Virus record (IMG/VR): IMGVR_UViG_3300028832_000118
Coordinates: 1 to 64,000 of that record
Strand: one strand, 5' to 3'
DNA from: a virus
Lineage: Duplodnaviria; Caudoviricetes
Length of the DNA stretch: 64,000 nucleotides
Below the pieces are notes generated by a model, which was not told the origin of the DNA, did no database searches, and was given only the letters and a program-made list of their open reading frames with translations. Below, in pieces: positions 21,374 to 31,088 of the stretch; position 1 is the first letter of the stretch, and each line of letters starts with the position of its first letter. Position numbers and translations under genes: made by a program.

Positions 21374-23269
21374 TTAGAAAAGCAATAATTTTTCTGCATC
21401 CTCTACGCTCATTTCTCCAAAGTCATCAATAATCGCCTTAACCACTTCGTCATCGTCATCGTTATCTAAAAGAGCATCAACTAATTTTTTACCAAACATC
21501 TTTTCAAACTCCTTTGGATTTTTCTTGTAGCGTGTTTTATAGCGTTTCAAATCATCTTTGGATAAATTTTTTATCACCTCTGCGCTGTTAGCTTTTTCAA
21601 AAATATCGTTTTCACCTTTATTAAGTTCACGCAAAGCCATCTTTTTCCAATCCAATGCTTTTGAATTTCTGCTGCCTCCAAACATTGCATCAAAATCAGC
21701 ATTCATAACGCTCTTTTTCTTTCCCTTAACAGTTCTAACGGCTAAATTCATAAGCTCGGTAAACTTTCTGACCGTAAACTTGAACGGGTCAATCTTTTCT
21801 ACGTTATTTATAATCAGATTGTAAACGCTTTCACGCAACTCTTTTTCTTGTTGTGGCGTAAGTTCTTCATATCTGCCGCCCATTTTTTCATATCTATTCT
21901 CAAGCACTTCAAGATTTTCATTCAACGTAAATTGAATGTCGTTTTTATCTGCACGTGAAAAAATAGCCTTCTTGTCTTCATCGGTAATAAGGTCATCAAA
22001 GGTTTTGTTTGTAATGAATATAAGTTTGCCCGTAAATCTTTCAGGCTTGCCATCCTTGCCAGGAATTAAACGCATTTTAGGATTAGAGTCAGCAATATTT
22101 TTCAACGCACTCTTCAATTTGGTAGCGTTACTAACAAGAGCCTTATCCTTATCATCAAAAATAATTATCTTGCCATTATATTTTCTCAGCGTTTCAAAAA
22201 AATCCTTTTCATCATCAATATCGCTTTCCAAAATAACGGCATCAACGTCATCAGCAGTCGGACTTTCATCTTTATCAGGGTCATAAACGTGCTTCGCATC
22301 ACTTTTAAGCAAATCTAATAAAGCGGTTGTTTTACCTGCACCAGCACCACCAGTAGAAACAAACATTGCTGAACCCTTACCCTGAGGCTGTTCAATAAAA
22401 CCATCAAGCTGAATACGTAATGCAGCTAATTGGTCTTCAGTGTTAAAATAATATGGGTCTTCACGTTTCATTAAATCTAACACCGCATCAAACTGCTGTC
22501 TATCGGTAAGCGTTTCAAAGTTATGAAATGTTTTCTTTACACGATTATCGTTTTTATTCATCCAGCCCGTATCACCCTTCGGGAATAACTGCTTATATTT
22601 TTCAACATCAAAATTGCCAATAGCACTATTGTAAGAGCTTCCGAATAAATCATCTATTTCATTTTTTTCGGGGTGCATCTTTTTCCACTTATCGGCTTCA
22701 TTCTCCCATTTGCCCTTCAAAGTGAAGGTTAATTTAATTTTATCTTCGGGAATGCCACGTCCAATAGCCTCTTCCCAAGCAAGCTGCTGAACATTCGGAT
22801 TTTTAAGGTTAGGATTGTTTATAATATCAATAATTTTTTGGTCATCCCATTGCTTTTTATCTGAAAAAAGTTTACGATAATCCTCACGCTTTTGTGTGAT
22901 TTTTTGCCCTTGTCTATTTTTAGCCTCCCATTCCTCAGGTACTTCATAAGCATAACCATACAAATTTTTAGGTGTATTTCTATACACCACCTTCGGTTTC
23001 GGTGCATCATACGGCTTTTTTACGGGAGCGGCTGGCTGCTGAGTAGCGGATGCAGCAGCAGGAGCGGCATCAGCAGCAGGTTTAGTATCGGTTTGTGCAG
23101 CGGTCGGGGCTGCTGGGGCAGCTGGAGCATTCTTCCCCTTCCAATATTTACCATCTTTACTCTTCCAATCGAATTTACCATTACCAAGGTCAGTCCATCT
23201 CCATAAACCATTAGGGTGTAAATCTCCTACGTTGTGTTGTGCTTTTTCTAAAATCTTATCTTTTGCCAT
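21374..23269 (-). CDS. Trp-module protein with C-terminal P-loop (AAA+/SF3-like) ATPase
   Basis: Walker A GGAGAGKT, Walker B IIIFDD, sensor/motif C IFITN; N-terminal EKA..GDLHPNGLWRWTDLGNGKFDWK. Confidence 0.7.
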   Translation of the reverse strand: MAKDKILEKAQHNVGDLHPNGLWRWTDLGNGKFDWKSKDGKYWKGKNAPAAPAAPTAAQTDTKPAADAAPAAASATQQPAAPVKKPYDAPKPKVVYRNTPKNLYGYAYEVPEEWEAKNRQGQKITQKREDYRKLFSDKKQWDDQKIIDIINNPNLKNPNVQQLAWEEAIGRGIPEDKIKLTFTLKGKWENEADKWKKMHPEKNEIDDLFGSSYNSAIGNFDVEKYKQLFPKGDTGWMNKNDNRVKKTFHNFETLTDRQQFDAVLDLMKREDPYYFNTEDQLAALRIQLDGFIEQPQGKGSAMFVSTGGAGAGKTTALLDLLKSDAKHVYDPDKDESPTADDVDAVILESDIDDEKDFFETLRKYNGKIIIFDDKDKALVSNATKLKSALKNIADSNPKMRLIPGKDGKPERFTGKLIFITNKTFDDLITDEDKKAIFSRADKNDIQFTLNENLEVLENRYEKMGGRYEELTPQQEKELRESVYNLIINNVEKIDPFKFTVRKFTELMNLAVRTVKGKKKSVMNADFDAMFGGSRNSKALDWKKMALRELNKGENDIFEKANSAEVIKNLSKDDLKRYKTRYKKNPKEFEKMFGKKLVDALLDNDDDDEVVKAIIDDFGEMSVEDAEKLLLF

Positions 23270-23273
23270 AATA

Positions 23274-24779
23274 CTAAAAATTTACTTTCTTCTTCAATTC
23301 TTTTATAACTGACGGGGTATTTTCTGATACCTTGTATTTTATTTTTAATTCGGTGACACCTTGTATTTTTAATTTTTTTTCGTCAACTGAAACATTATCA
23401 GGCCAACGCTCTAATAGAATTTTATGAGCTTTTTCAATTCTATCAGATTGTTTATAAGTTTCAGACAATCCACCTTTCTGCTTTCCGTCTTTATTCATTT
23501 TCGTATGTTGTACATAACGAATGAACTTTGCATATTTTAAGCCTAAATACATACACTTCAAAGAATAATCGACATCGCCCTTAATACATAACTCCTCATC
23601 TAAATCAAACTCCAATAGTTTAGGGCTGTTAATTATCGTGACTACTACTACACCTGAATAATTTGTCTTGCTTCCAGGATAGGCTATTTTAGTAACGGGG
23701 TGTTCATTATTCCAATCAAACGCACTTTTGCCAAGAGTACCAATATCAAAATCGGTATTGCATATCTCATCGTTCAGTTCTTCAAAAAATCTCGCAATAT
23801 CATCGTGTTTAGTAAGCGTTGGACCAAGTCTTGGGATACCATCTAAATTATAACAGAAATCTAAAATATCGTCATCCATTATAATAAGGGGATTAAAGCC
23901 GTCATACAGGTTTTTAGTGAAATTAACTACGTATGATACCCCTCTATCGTTATCGGGCAATACAAGCACATTTTTATGTCCGAAATCCTTGTATTTAGCT
24001 TCATCCTGCGGTTCTACTACTGCGGTATAGGGGATGCCGCCTTTATTCAGAATATCAAATGTTTTTCCATTCGGTCGGTCTTTTGATATTACATATATCT
24101 TAATATGTTTCTTTTTACTTACCTTAACATAGAACTCTTCAGGATATAACTTTTGAATATTCCCCTGCTCGTAAAAGAAAAAACCGCTTTGAGTCTTATA
24201 GAATTTTTGAGCAATTTTATATTTAATTGAATTTATCTCCGCATCGGAATTTTCGCAAAGCAATTCCATATTAGACATTTCATTTTCAAACTGCTCTTTT
24301 GCCTTACGCTTATATGAATGTGGAAATTCACGATAAAAGATAAAATTGTCTTCTATCGTGCGTAATAAATAACGTACAAAATAATGGTAGGGATGTCCAA
24401 CACCCATAGGGCATAAAATCATATATCCAAAGTCCATATATCGGTTTACTTTGGATAATAATTCATTCCTCAACTTTTCAATATTTTTTTTACCAATTCT
24501 TTTCTCGTAAAACGGAATTACATTTTCATCTGATAAAACAGCACCCTTCCCAAACTCGTTAAAAAAATCGGTATAGCTTTCACATTTAGTTTTTGTTTTT
24601 AAGCTAATTTGTTTTACTTTGATAAAATTGTACAAATTCTCATCTTCCTTTAATCTAACTTCATTATATTCTACAGTCAAAACCTTTGCACTAAAATCTT
24701 TATCAAAAATAAATTTTGAACAACTTAAAATAGCATCATCACTATGCGGTTGAATTATCAGTACTTTCATAACTCCCAA
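23274..24779 (-). CDS. PIG-L/LmbE-family deacetylase fused to TAGT/GREB1-like GT-A glycosyltransferase
   Basis: N-term IIQPHSDDAIL and GHPYH (PIG-L metal ligands); C-term IYVISKDR, VVEPQD, IMDDDI, KGDVDY..GG. Confidence 0.72.
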   Translation of the reverse strand: MGVMKVLIIQPHSDDAILSCSKFIFDKDFSAKVLTVEYNEVRLKEDENLYNFIKVKQISLKTKTKCESYTDFFNEFGKGAVLSDENVIPFYEKRIGKKNIEKLRNELLSKVNRYMDFGYMILCPMGVGHPYHYFVRYLLRTIEDNFIFYREFPHSYKRKAKEQFENEMSNMELLCENSDAEINSIKYKIAQKFYKTQSGFFFYEQGNIQKLYPEEFYVKVSKKKHIKIYVISKDRPNGKTFDILNKGGIPYTAVVEPQDEAKYKDFGHKNVLVLPDNDRGVSYVVNFTKNLYDGFNPLIIMDDDILDFCYNLDGIPRLGPTLTKHDDIARFFEELNDEICNTDFDIGTLGKSAFDWNNEHPVTKIAYPGSKTNYSGVVVVTIINSPKLLEFDLDEELCIKGDVDYSLKCMYLGLKYAKFIRYVQHTKMNKDGKQKGGLSETYKQSDRIEKAHKILLERWPDNVSVDEKKLKIQGVTELKIKYKVSENTPSVIKELKKKVNF

Positions 24780-25735
24780 TCTCTTAAAACAATATCAGAT
24801 AAACCCTTATTATTCTTCAATACATCATTAGCATACTTCAAAACCTCCTCACTCGGTTTCGGCATACTATCCTGACCGCTTGAATCAGGTAGAAAACCAA
24901 CTCTCATACTTATGTTAGTACATCCGTTACAAACTCCAAAATCACGTCTGTAATCATAAAGCATTATTCTTGCTGCCTGAAAATTAGGGTGATTCCAAAT
25001 TTCATCTATCTTCATTGCCCATATATTTGCAATAGGATATTTGCCACGAAAATCATCACAACATATAGCTACATCCCCCGTCCATCTAAAACTCATTTCA
25101 CGAAACGGCATTGTACAACGCTTATTATTATAAGACATATCCAAAGGAGCTGCACACCCCGAATGATTGACAAGACGCATCGTTGTTTTATTCCCACTCA
25201 TTTGTATTGGAGGTAAAAGCAAAATTCTTTTATCGTGCTTATCAGGAAACATTTTTATACCAGTTTCATACATGACAATTTTGCTTCTATTTTTACGATT
25301 TAATTTATTAACAAAATTCCAATCTCCGTTATCTGAATAACAATCTATCATAATATTATCCATACCAACAGAAAATAATTCATCTACATATTTATCCGCA
25401 TCCTGCGCATGATTAAATCCAAACCCGTTTGAATACATATGAAATGAATTGTTTGGCAAAAGCTCTCTAAAAATAGATACTATTTCAAAAAACTTTTTAT
25501 TTAATGTCGGCTCTCCGTGCATAGCAAATATTATCTTGCTTTTCCACTCCACACGTTTAATTTCAGAAGCAATCTTTTTAGCGGTTTCAACACTCATAAA
25601 ATTCCAAGGTGTCTTTCCGTTTTCCTTAACCCCTCTTAAACCGCAAAATTCACAGCCAAGGTTACACCCCTCAGTAGGTTCAACCTGAATAGAAAATGGA
25701 GGCTGCTGTTTGTAGCCATTTAGAAAATCTTTCAT
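24767..25735 (-). CDS. Radical SAM protein with SPASM/twitch domain
   Basis: CNLGCEFC (CxxxCxxC), HGEPTLN, C-terminal RCTMPF..AICCDD..VCNGC. Confidence 0.9.
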   Translation of the reverse strand: MKDFLNGYKQQPPFSIQVEPTEGCNLGCEFCGLRGVKENGKTPWNFMSVETAKKIASEIKRVEWKSKIIFAMHGEPTLNKKFFEIVSIFRELLPNNSFHMYSNGFGFNHAQDADKYVDELFSVGMDNIMIDCYSDNGDWNFVNKLNRKNRSKIVMYETGIKMFPDKHDKRILLLPPIQMSGNKTTMRLVNHSGCAAPLDMSYNNKRCTMPFREMSFRWTGDVAICCDDFRGKYPIANIWAMKIDEIWNHPNFQAARIMLYDYRRDFGVCNGCTNISMRVGFLPDSSGQDSMPKPSEEVLKYANDVLKNNKGLSDIVLRDWEL

Positions 25736-25757
25736 AATCTTACTTTTTTATTTACGT

Positions 25758-26696
25758 TTATCCTTTACTAACTTTGATGTTCAATTTAACTCCCTGCAAC
25801 TTCTTGTTTTTCGGTACATATTTTTTCAGCTTCGTGAAAGAGCGTGTTTCGCTATCCCAATCGGCATTAGGCTTTTTGTAATTGATAGTGCATCTGCAAT
25901 AAGGATGGGTGGGTGAAATAGTTGGCAACCAATCATCCTTCTTCCTGCCTATATTGTTGCCATTAGCTATTATGTCTTTTAGCTTAAAAACTTTGGGCTC
26001 GCTTACTCCTATATCGTGCGGAGGTTCAAGATAAAGCTCCGCACATTTATCACAAGCATTTTCGTAAACGTCAAAATACACTTCCGCATCTTTGCCGTAT
26101 TTTTTCAATATGCTTTGTGCCCTGCCTGAATTAAACGCTTCATGCGTAAGATAATAGGCAATACGCAACCAATCCACCTCCCAATCCTTGCTGGTCTTGA
26201 CAAGTTGAGAGGCTAACTGCCTCGCTCCTTGTCGGTTTTGTATAGCCTGAACTGTTTTTTGCTTTATTACCTGCGCAACCACTGCCGCCTGCTGCTGATT
26301 ATTTCGCAATAACGAATTTTGAAGGCTGTTACGCATCCTTGCACCTAAATTAGTTATATCGGTATAGGCACGCTGTTTTACAGTCTGTAAGGCGAAATTT
26401 TCAGCCTCCGTTAATGGGACAAAGCCGCCTGAAGCTAAAAACTTTTTGAACTGCGAATAAGTCATATTTTTTGCCCTCGCATCGTTAAGGGCTTCAGACA
26501 ATAAGCCAAAAAGAAAAGCGTGTTCAATCACGCCATTCTTATTCTTAAATTTATTTACATCTATCCCAGCGGCTAAAAGCAACGCTTTATCCTGCTGCGT
26601 CAGGAAATCTGCTCCAAGTTGATTAAAGATAAAGTAAATTTCATAACGCTTCAGGATTGATAAGGTGTCCTGTATTTGTGCAAAGGTAAAAATCAT
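25758..26696 (-). CDS. MuF/SPP1 gp7-like minor head protein
   Basis: THEAFNSGR, ACDKC, PTHPYCRC C-terminal signature. Confidence 0.8.
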   Translation of the reverse strand: MIFTFAQIQDTLSILKRYEIYFIFNQLGADFLTQQDKALLLAAGIDVNKFKNKNGVIEHAFLFGLLSEALNDARAKNMTYSQFKKFLASGGFVPLTEAENFALQTVKQRAYTDITNLGARMRNSLQNSLLRNNQQQAAVVAQVIKQKTVQAIQNRQGARQLASQLVKTSKDWEVDWLRIAYYLTHEAFNSGRAQSILKKYGKDAEVYFDVYENACDKCAELYLEPPHDIGVSEPKVFKLKDIIANGNNIGRKKDDWLPTISPTHPYCRCTINYKKPNADWDSETRSFTKLKKYVPKNKKLQGVKLNIKVSKG

Positions 26697-26698
26697 AA

Positions 26699-28114
26699 TT
26701 AAAAATAGTTTTCAATACAACTATTCAACTTCTCAAAACCATCATACTTTTTGTATTTATTGATATTCAGACCATCAACTATTGTTTCCCAACCATTAGT
26801 AGTAATTTTCAAATCGGGATTTTTCTCAACAAATTCAGCGGCTGCCTGCTTAATTGCTTCAATTTTTTTCTTGCTATCTTCATCATCTAATAATCCACCT
26901 TGGTCTGCTTCAAGCGCGGCAATAACATCCTTTTGTGCGTCATCCTTTCTCTTTCTCAATTCTTTTTCAAATTTAAGCTCCTCCCTTTCTTCATCTTCAT
27001 CGCCAGTGTATTCTTGTAACACTTCAAAATATTCTTCCAAAGAATTTTTCAAATCATCCAACCCATTACATTTTCCATAAATATTAACAAACTCATCATT
27101 TTCTAATTCAATCAAATCTTCGGCAACATCAGCATCAATCTTAAAATGAGGATTATTTTTTGCAAAATCTGAAACAGACTTTCTGAGTTTTTTCAATGCG
27201 TTTATTCCCCTTTTTGTTGTGATAAAATCTCCACCATTCCCCTCTCCGTAATTTTTTACAGCAGACATAATATTCAATGAATTTTTAGGGACATTTTCTT
27301 TTATTTCGTGTATTTTATTCACTGCATCAATGGCAGAAAAATCTCCCCTCCTTTTCAATTCATACGCTGCTGATGCAGTATCAATTGAAAAATTGTAAGG
27401 ACTTTTAACCTCTGACCTTAATTCTTTGGTGCTTTTATCCTTATAATATTCATCAGCATTTTTCTTCACTGATTCAATAAAACTCTTATCCTTTAATGCT
27501 TTCTTTGGTAATGTGCTTGTATCCCAACTCAATGCCATCCTTATGAATTCATCGTCATTCATATTAGCATATTTATTATTTGAGCCATCACCACCATTAT
27601 CTCCGCCACCGCTACTACCTTTATTACCATCTTCTTTCAACCAACCTATTTTCTTGGCTGTCTCTTCTGAAATTCTTTTGCCTACATTAGCAATATTTTT
27701 ACCATCGTAATAAAAATCCAAAGTTTTTTCACTTCCATTAAAATCAGATTTTATCTCAATCTTATTTATATCATTAAAACCATTATCTTTTGCAAATTTC
27801 AAAACCTTATTGATTTGTAACTTTTCATCATCACTCATCTTGTCGTAAATACCTGCCTTTGGATTAGCATCGTGATTTTGTTTGCTTCCACCTTTCTGTT
27901 CATCATTCTGCTTCTTTGAACGAGGCTGCCCAGCGGTAGGCTGCTCCTGCTTGCTCCCTCCGTAATGCTGCCCTACACGATTTAATTTGCGGTTTTCAGC
28001 CGTATCTGCATACACACCGCTACGGGCTTTCTCTATATCAATTCCAAACGATTTTTCTATGTTTTCAATCGTTGCACGTCTTTGAACATTCAATTCTTCT
28101 AAAAAGTTTTCCAT
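26699..28114 (-). CDS. Leader-bearing putative virion cargo protein with internally duplicated C-terminal domain
   Basis: N-term NIEKSFGIDIEKAR leader shared with 29347, 40693, 41392 ORFs. Confidence 0.65.
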   Translation of the reverse strand: MENFLEELNVQRRATIENIEKSFGIDIEKARSGVYADTAENRKLNRVGQHYGGSKQEQPTAGQPRSKKQNDEQKGGSKQNHDANPKAGIYDKMSDDEKLQINKVLKFAKDNGFNDINKIEIKSDFNGSEKTLDFYYDGKNIANVGKRISEETAKKIGWLKEDGNKGSSGGGDNGGDGSNNKYANMNDDEFIRMALSWDTSTLPKKALKDKSFIESVKKNADEYYKDKSTKELRSEVKSPYNFSIDTASAAYELKRRGDFSAIDAVNKIHEIKENVPKNSLNIMSAVKNYGEGNGGDFITTKRGINALKKLRKSVSDFAKNNPHFKIDADVAEDLIELENDEFVNIYGKCNGLDDLKNSLEEYFEVLQEYTGDEDEEREELKFEKELRKRKDDAQKDVIAALEADQGGLLDDEDSKKKIEAIKQAAAEFVEKNPDLKITTNGWETIVDGLNINKYKKYDGFEKLNSCIENYF

Positions 28115-28189
28115 AATTATTATATATTTTATGTTGTTAATAACTCTGTTATATTACAAACGCATTTTTTTCATTAATATATTTTATTT

Positions 28190-29347
28190 TTAATATCCTG
28201 CTGTTTCTACGTTAGAATAAAGTACCATCTTAACATCTTCAGACGGATGAACTGTCGCTGCCGTGCCTAAATTCTTGCCTCCGTCAAAATCCTTTAATCC
28301 ATTATAAAAATCACGTATATTTCGGTTGTTTTTATTATTCAGTATAAGGTGCAAACCTCCGCTGGGTGTTTCGTATTTACAAGCTACTTTAATATTGGCA
28401 GCTTTAAGCCTTCTTTCAGTTTCATCCCATACGTTTACTGTCTTACCATTCGTCATCTTCGCCTGAGTATCTCTCGTGGCGTCTATATCAAGAAGCACTT
28501 TGAAACGCTCGTTTTTCCAAGCTGCACCGCTCTTTGGCATACCATACAAAATCGCTTCTGCATTCTTGACTCTTGGGTCATTCGGATTTTTGCCCTGAGT
28601 AAATTTCGGCAAATAAGCCTCAGTTTGACTCTGACTACGGGTATTGATGCTCATATACGCACGGGCATTATTGTATTGACACAACTTTACAATATGATTT
28701 TTCAATGCCTGCAATTCATCGTAAGAATGAACCAAGTAGTGTTGCAGATACTGAGCCCCTGCGTGATAGCTTCCGTCAGCCCGTGCGCCAGCCTTCCACG
28801 CATCGGCATTAGGTTTATCCTTGTTGTCTTTCCATCGTTTGATAATCTGAATAAAGTAAACATCGTCAGGAGAATTAAACTCCATATAGTCTTTTACCAT
28901 ATCAAAATTATCAACTACCATATTAGATTGGTAGCAAACACCATCTTTCTCTAACTCGGATGAGGTGATAACATCGCCATAAATACTCTGCCCCGTATCT
29001 TGATTGTCGTAATGCAGTCGCCAATTTCCATTCGGGGTGCGTTTCAGCATCATCTTATTTTTATCAGTGTAATTTTTATCAATGCTGGTATAAATGCTAT
29101 TCAGACAAGCCATCCCGTGCTTACCATTTACACCCTTTCCAACAACTACGTTTTTAGGACTAAAAACGTGCCAATCAAATTTTCCAGGGGCATACTCAGT
29201 CCAAACATAGGCTTTACCTTCCCAAATAGTAATATCGCCTACCATTCTCGCTTTTTCAATATCAAGCTCATCGTCAACGCCAAACGACTTCTGCAAGTTT
29301 CGTTCAAGCACCCGTCTATGTCTTTTTAATTCTTCCAAACTATCCAT
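28190..29347 (-). CDS. Leader/Trp-module protein with AEP (primase-polymerase)-like C-terminal domain
   Basis: LQKSFG..DIEKAR..VWTEYAPGKFDW leader; C-term VLLDID and ETPSGGLHLI resemble AEP motifs I and II. Confidence 0.6.
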   Translation of the reverse strand: MDSLEELKRHRRVLERNLQKSFGVDDELDIEKARMVGDITIWEGKAYVWTEYAPGKFDWHVFSPKNVVVGKGVNGKHGMACLNSIYTSIDKNYTDKNKMMLKRTPNGNWRLHYDNQDTGQSIYGDVITSSELEKDGVCYQSNMVVDNFDMVKDYMEFNSPDDVYFIQIIKRWKDNKDKPNADAWKAGARADGSYHAGAQYLQHYLVHSYDELQALKNHIVKLCQYNNARAYMSINTRSQSQTEAYLPKFTQGKNPNDPRVKNAEAILYGMPKSGAAWKNERFKVLLDIDATRDTQAKMTNGKTVNVWDETERRLKAANIKVACKYETPSGGLHLILNNKNNRNIRDFYNGLKDFDGGKNLGTAATVHPSEDVKMVLYSNVETAGY

Positions 29348-29516
29348 TTTTCTCTATTTCTTTATTTTCGTCAACAACTAATTTTGCTATAAACTCAACG
29401 ACAGTAACAAGAGCTTCAGAGGTATTTTTATTCCACTGCCTTATAAATTCAGCCTCATACCCGTTTACTACCTTATACGGGGATTTTATGAAATGTTTAT
29501 CTCTCTTTGCCGCCAT
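29340..29516 (-). CDS. Small hypothetical protein (58 aa, not in ORF track)
   Basis: Manual translation MAAKRDKHFIKSPYKVVNG...EIEKNG* fills the gap exactly. Confidence 0.55.
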   Translation of the reverse strand: MAAKRDKHFIKSPYKVVNGYEAEFIRQWNKNTSEALVTVVEFIAKLVVDENKEIEKNG

Positions 29517-29522
29517 ATCCCG

Positions 29523-30107
29523 TTAAAATTTTACACCAAAATCAATCGTATAGTTAAACTCTTTTTTCAACCTTATACCTGTTAATCCAAGCATCCACCT
29601 ATCCTTGATAATAAAACCAAATTCAAGTTTCTGCGTGTTAAATATTAACGATGTACCTGCGAGGGCATAAAATCCCAGCTTTTTCTTATATTCTACATAA
29701 TTAGTTTCGGTTATGGTCTTAATGTAAGGGGTAATCTGAGAAGAGGCTGATATGAGCTGATTTTCGCTTACTAATAAATCAACCTTAAACTCCCCAGCGG
29801 TATCGTTAGAAAAATCAAGATTGTATTTACGCTCGCAATAGTAGTCATCCAGCAGCTCCGTAACTTTTATCGTATCTCTTATTATCTCAATATAGTTTAC
29901 AGTGTCTTTTTTTACGATTTCATAGGGTTTCGGCTTATAAATAGTATCTCTTATCGTTTCTCCCTTTATCCAGCGTATTTCGGTTGTTTTTTTAACTATC
30001 TTTGATTCAAAATTCTTTTTGCTAAAATACCATCCTGCTGCAAAGCTCCCGCCAAGCAGCAGAATTGCTAAACCTACATACACCCAAACCTTATTACTTT
30101 TTTTCAT
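29523..30107 (-). CDS. Membrane-anchored lysis accessory protein (spanin-like)
   Basis: N-terminal TM helix then IRDTIY..VKKDTV repeats and C-terminal beta strands ending in F. Confidence 0.5.
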   Translation of the reverse strand: MKKSNKVWVYVGLAILLLGGSFAAGWYFSKKNFESKIVKKTTEIRWIKGETIRDTIYKPKPYEIVKKDTVNYIEIIRDTIKVTELLDDYYCERKYNLDFSNDTAGEFKVDLLVSENQLISASSQITPYIKTITETNYVEYKKKLGFYALAGTSLIFNTQKLEFGFIIKDRWMLGLTGIRLKKEFNYTIDFGVKF

Positions 30108-30582
30108 CTGAACCTACAATTTTGCGCTCATATTTAGATAACATAAACTCTAATTTAGTGATGCGTGATTTATACTCCTGCTCTTTGCGCTCGCTCTCCC
30201 GTTCAAATTCCCTATATTGATTTAACAATGCATCATATCTTTGCCGCTCGCTATCCCTCTGAGTTTCATAATCGGTGCGCATCTGATTGATTTCAGAGCG
30301 AAAATTTTTAACCATTTCAATATTCGTTCTGCGCTCCTCTTCATAATCCTTATCCAATTTATCATATCTCTCCTTCCACCAATTATCACGGGAGTCAAGC
30401 TCACCCTGAAGTGTGTCGTATCTCTGCTTCCAAAAATTATCCCCCTTCAAATCCGCATCGGCTTTGAGGCTTCGGACTTCTTGGTCAAACTTCTTTTTTG
30501 TTAAAAAGTGGACTATAACTCCATAGGCTATACCACCTGAACCAAATACTAATGAGAAAATTTGAAGCCAATTACTTTCCAT
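30094..30582 (-). CDS. Holin/i-spanin-like membrane coiled-coil protein
   Basis: Single N-terminal TM (LQIFSLVFGSGGIAYGVIVHF) followed by coiled coil. Confidence 0.5.
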   Translation of the reverse strand: MESNWLQIFSLVFGSGGIAYGVIVHFLTKKKFDQEVRSLKADADLKGDNFWKQRYDTLQGELDSRDNWWKERYDKLDKDYEEERRTNIEMVKNFRSEINQMRTDYETQRDSERQRYDALLNQYREFERESERKEQEYKSRITKLEFMLSKYERKIVGSDEKK

Positions 30583-31084
30583 CGCTTTTATTTATTTTAT
30601 CTATTAAATTAGTAATATCTGTAATTTTCTGTCGGTAATTGTTACGCTCTGTAATTATCTTGTCAGCATCCTTTTGAATAGAGGTAACATCTTCACCCAT
30701 TATAACTCTTTCGCAAAAAGCAATTATTTTATCATCGCTCTCTTTTATCTTTTGCTCAATCTCTGCAATTTTATTCTGCATCGTGGAGACATTAGTATTA
30801 TCCTTAATTTCCCAAGTGTTAATAATCTTACCATCCTTTAATTCATATTTAGGTACAAAGGATGTAAATTCTCCATATTGTGTTTTATCAATAGGAGTGA
30901 AATCAAATTCCTTGTATATCTCGGATAATTCATTCAAGGCTTGCTGATAAGCATCTTCAGAAGTAATTTCACTTCCCTCTTTTGCTTTTTTTACAATTTC
31001 GCCTGCTCTATAACTAACTAAATTTTGGAATTTTTCATCCGTAATAATGTCTATTGAATAACTGCTAAAAAATTGCGCTTTCAT
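30572..31084 (-). CDS. Fibre-associated chaperone-like protein
   Basis: Follows fibre gene; C-terminal coiled coil ending ERNNYRQKITD. Confidence 0.4.
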   Translation of the reverse strand: MKAQFFSSYSIDIITDEKFQNLVSYRAGEIVKKAKEGSEITSEDAYQQALNELSEIYKEFDFTPIDKTQYGEFTSFVPKYELKDGKIINTWEIKDNTNVSTMQNKIAEIEQKIKESDDKIIAFCERVIMGEDVTSIQKDADKIITERNNYRQKITDITNLIDKINKSDGK

Positions 31085-31088
31085 AATA

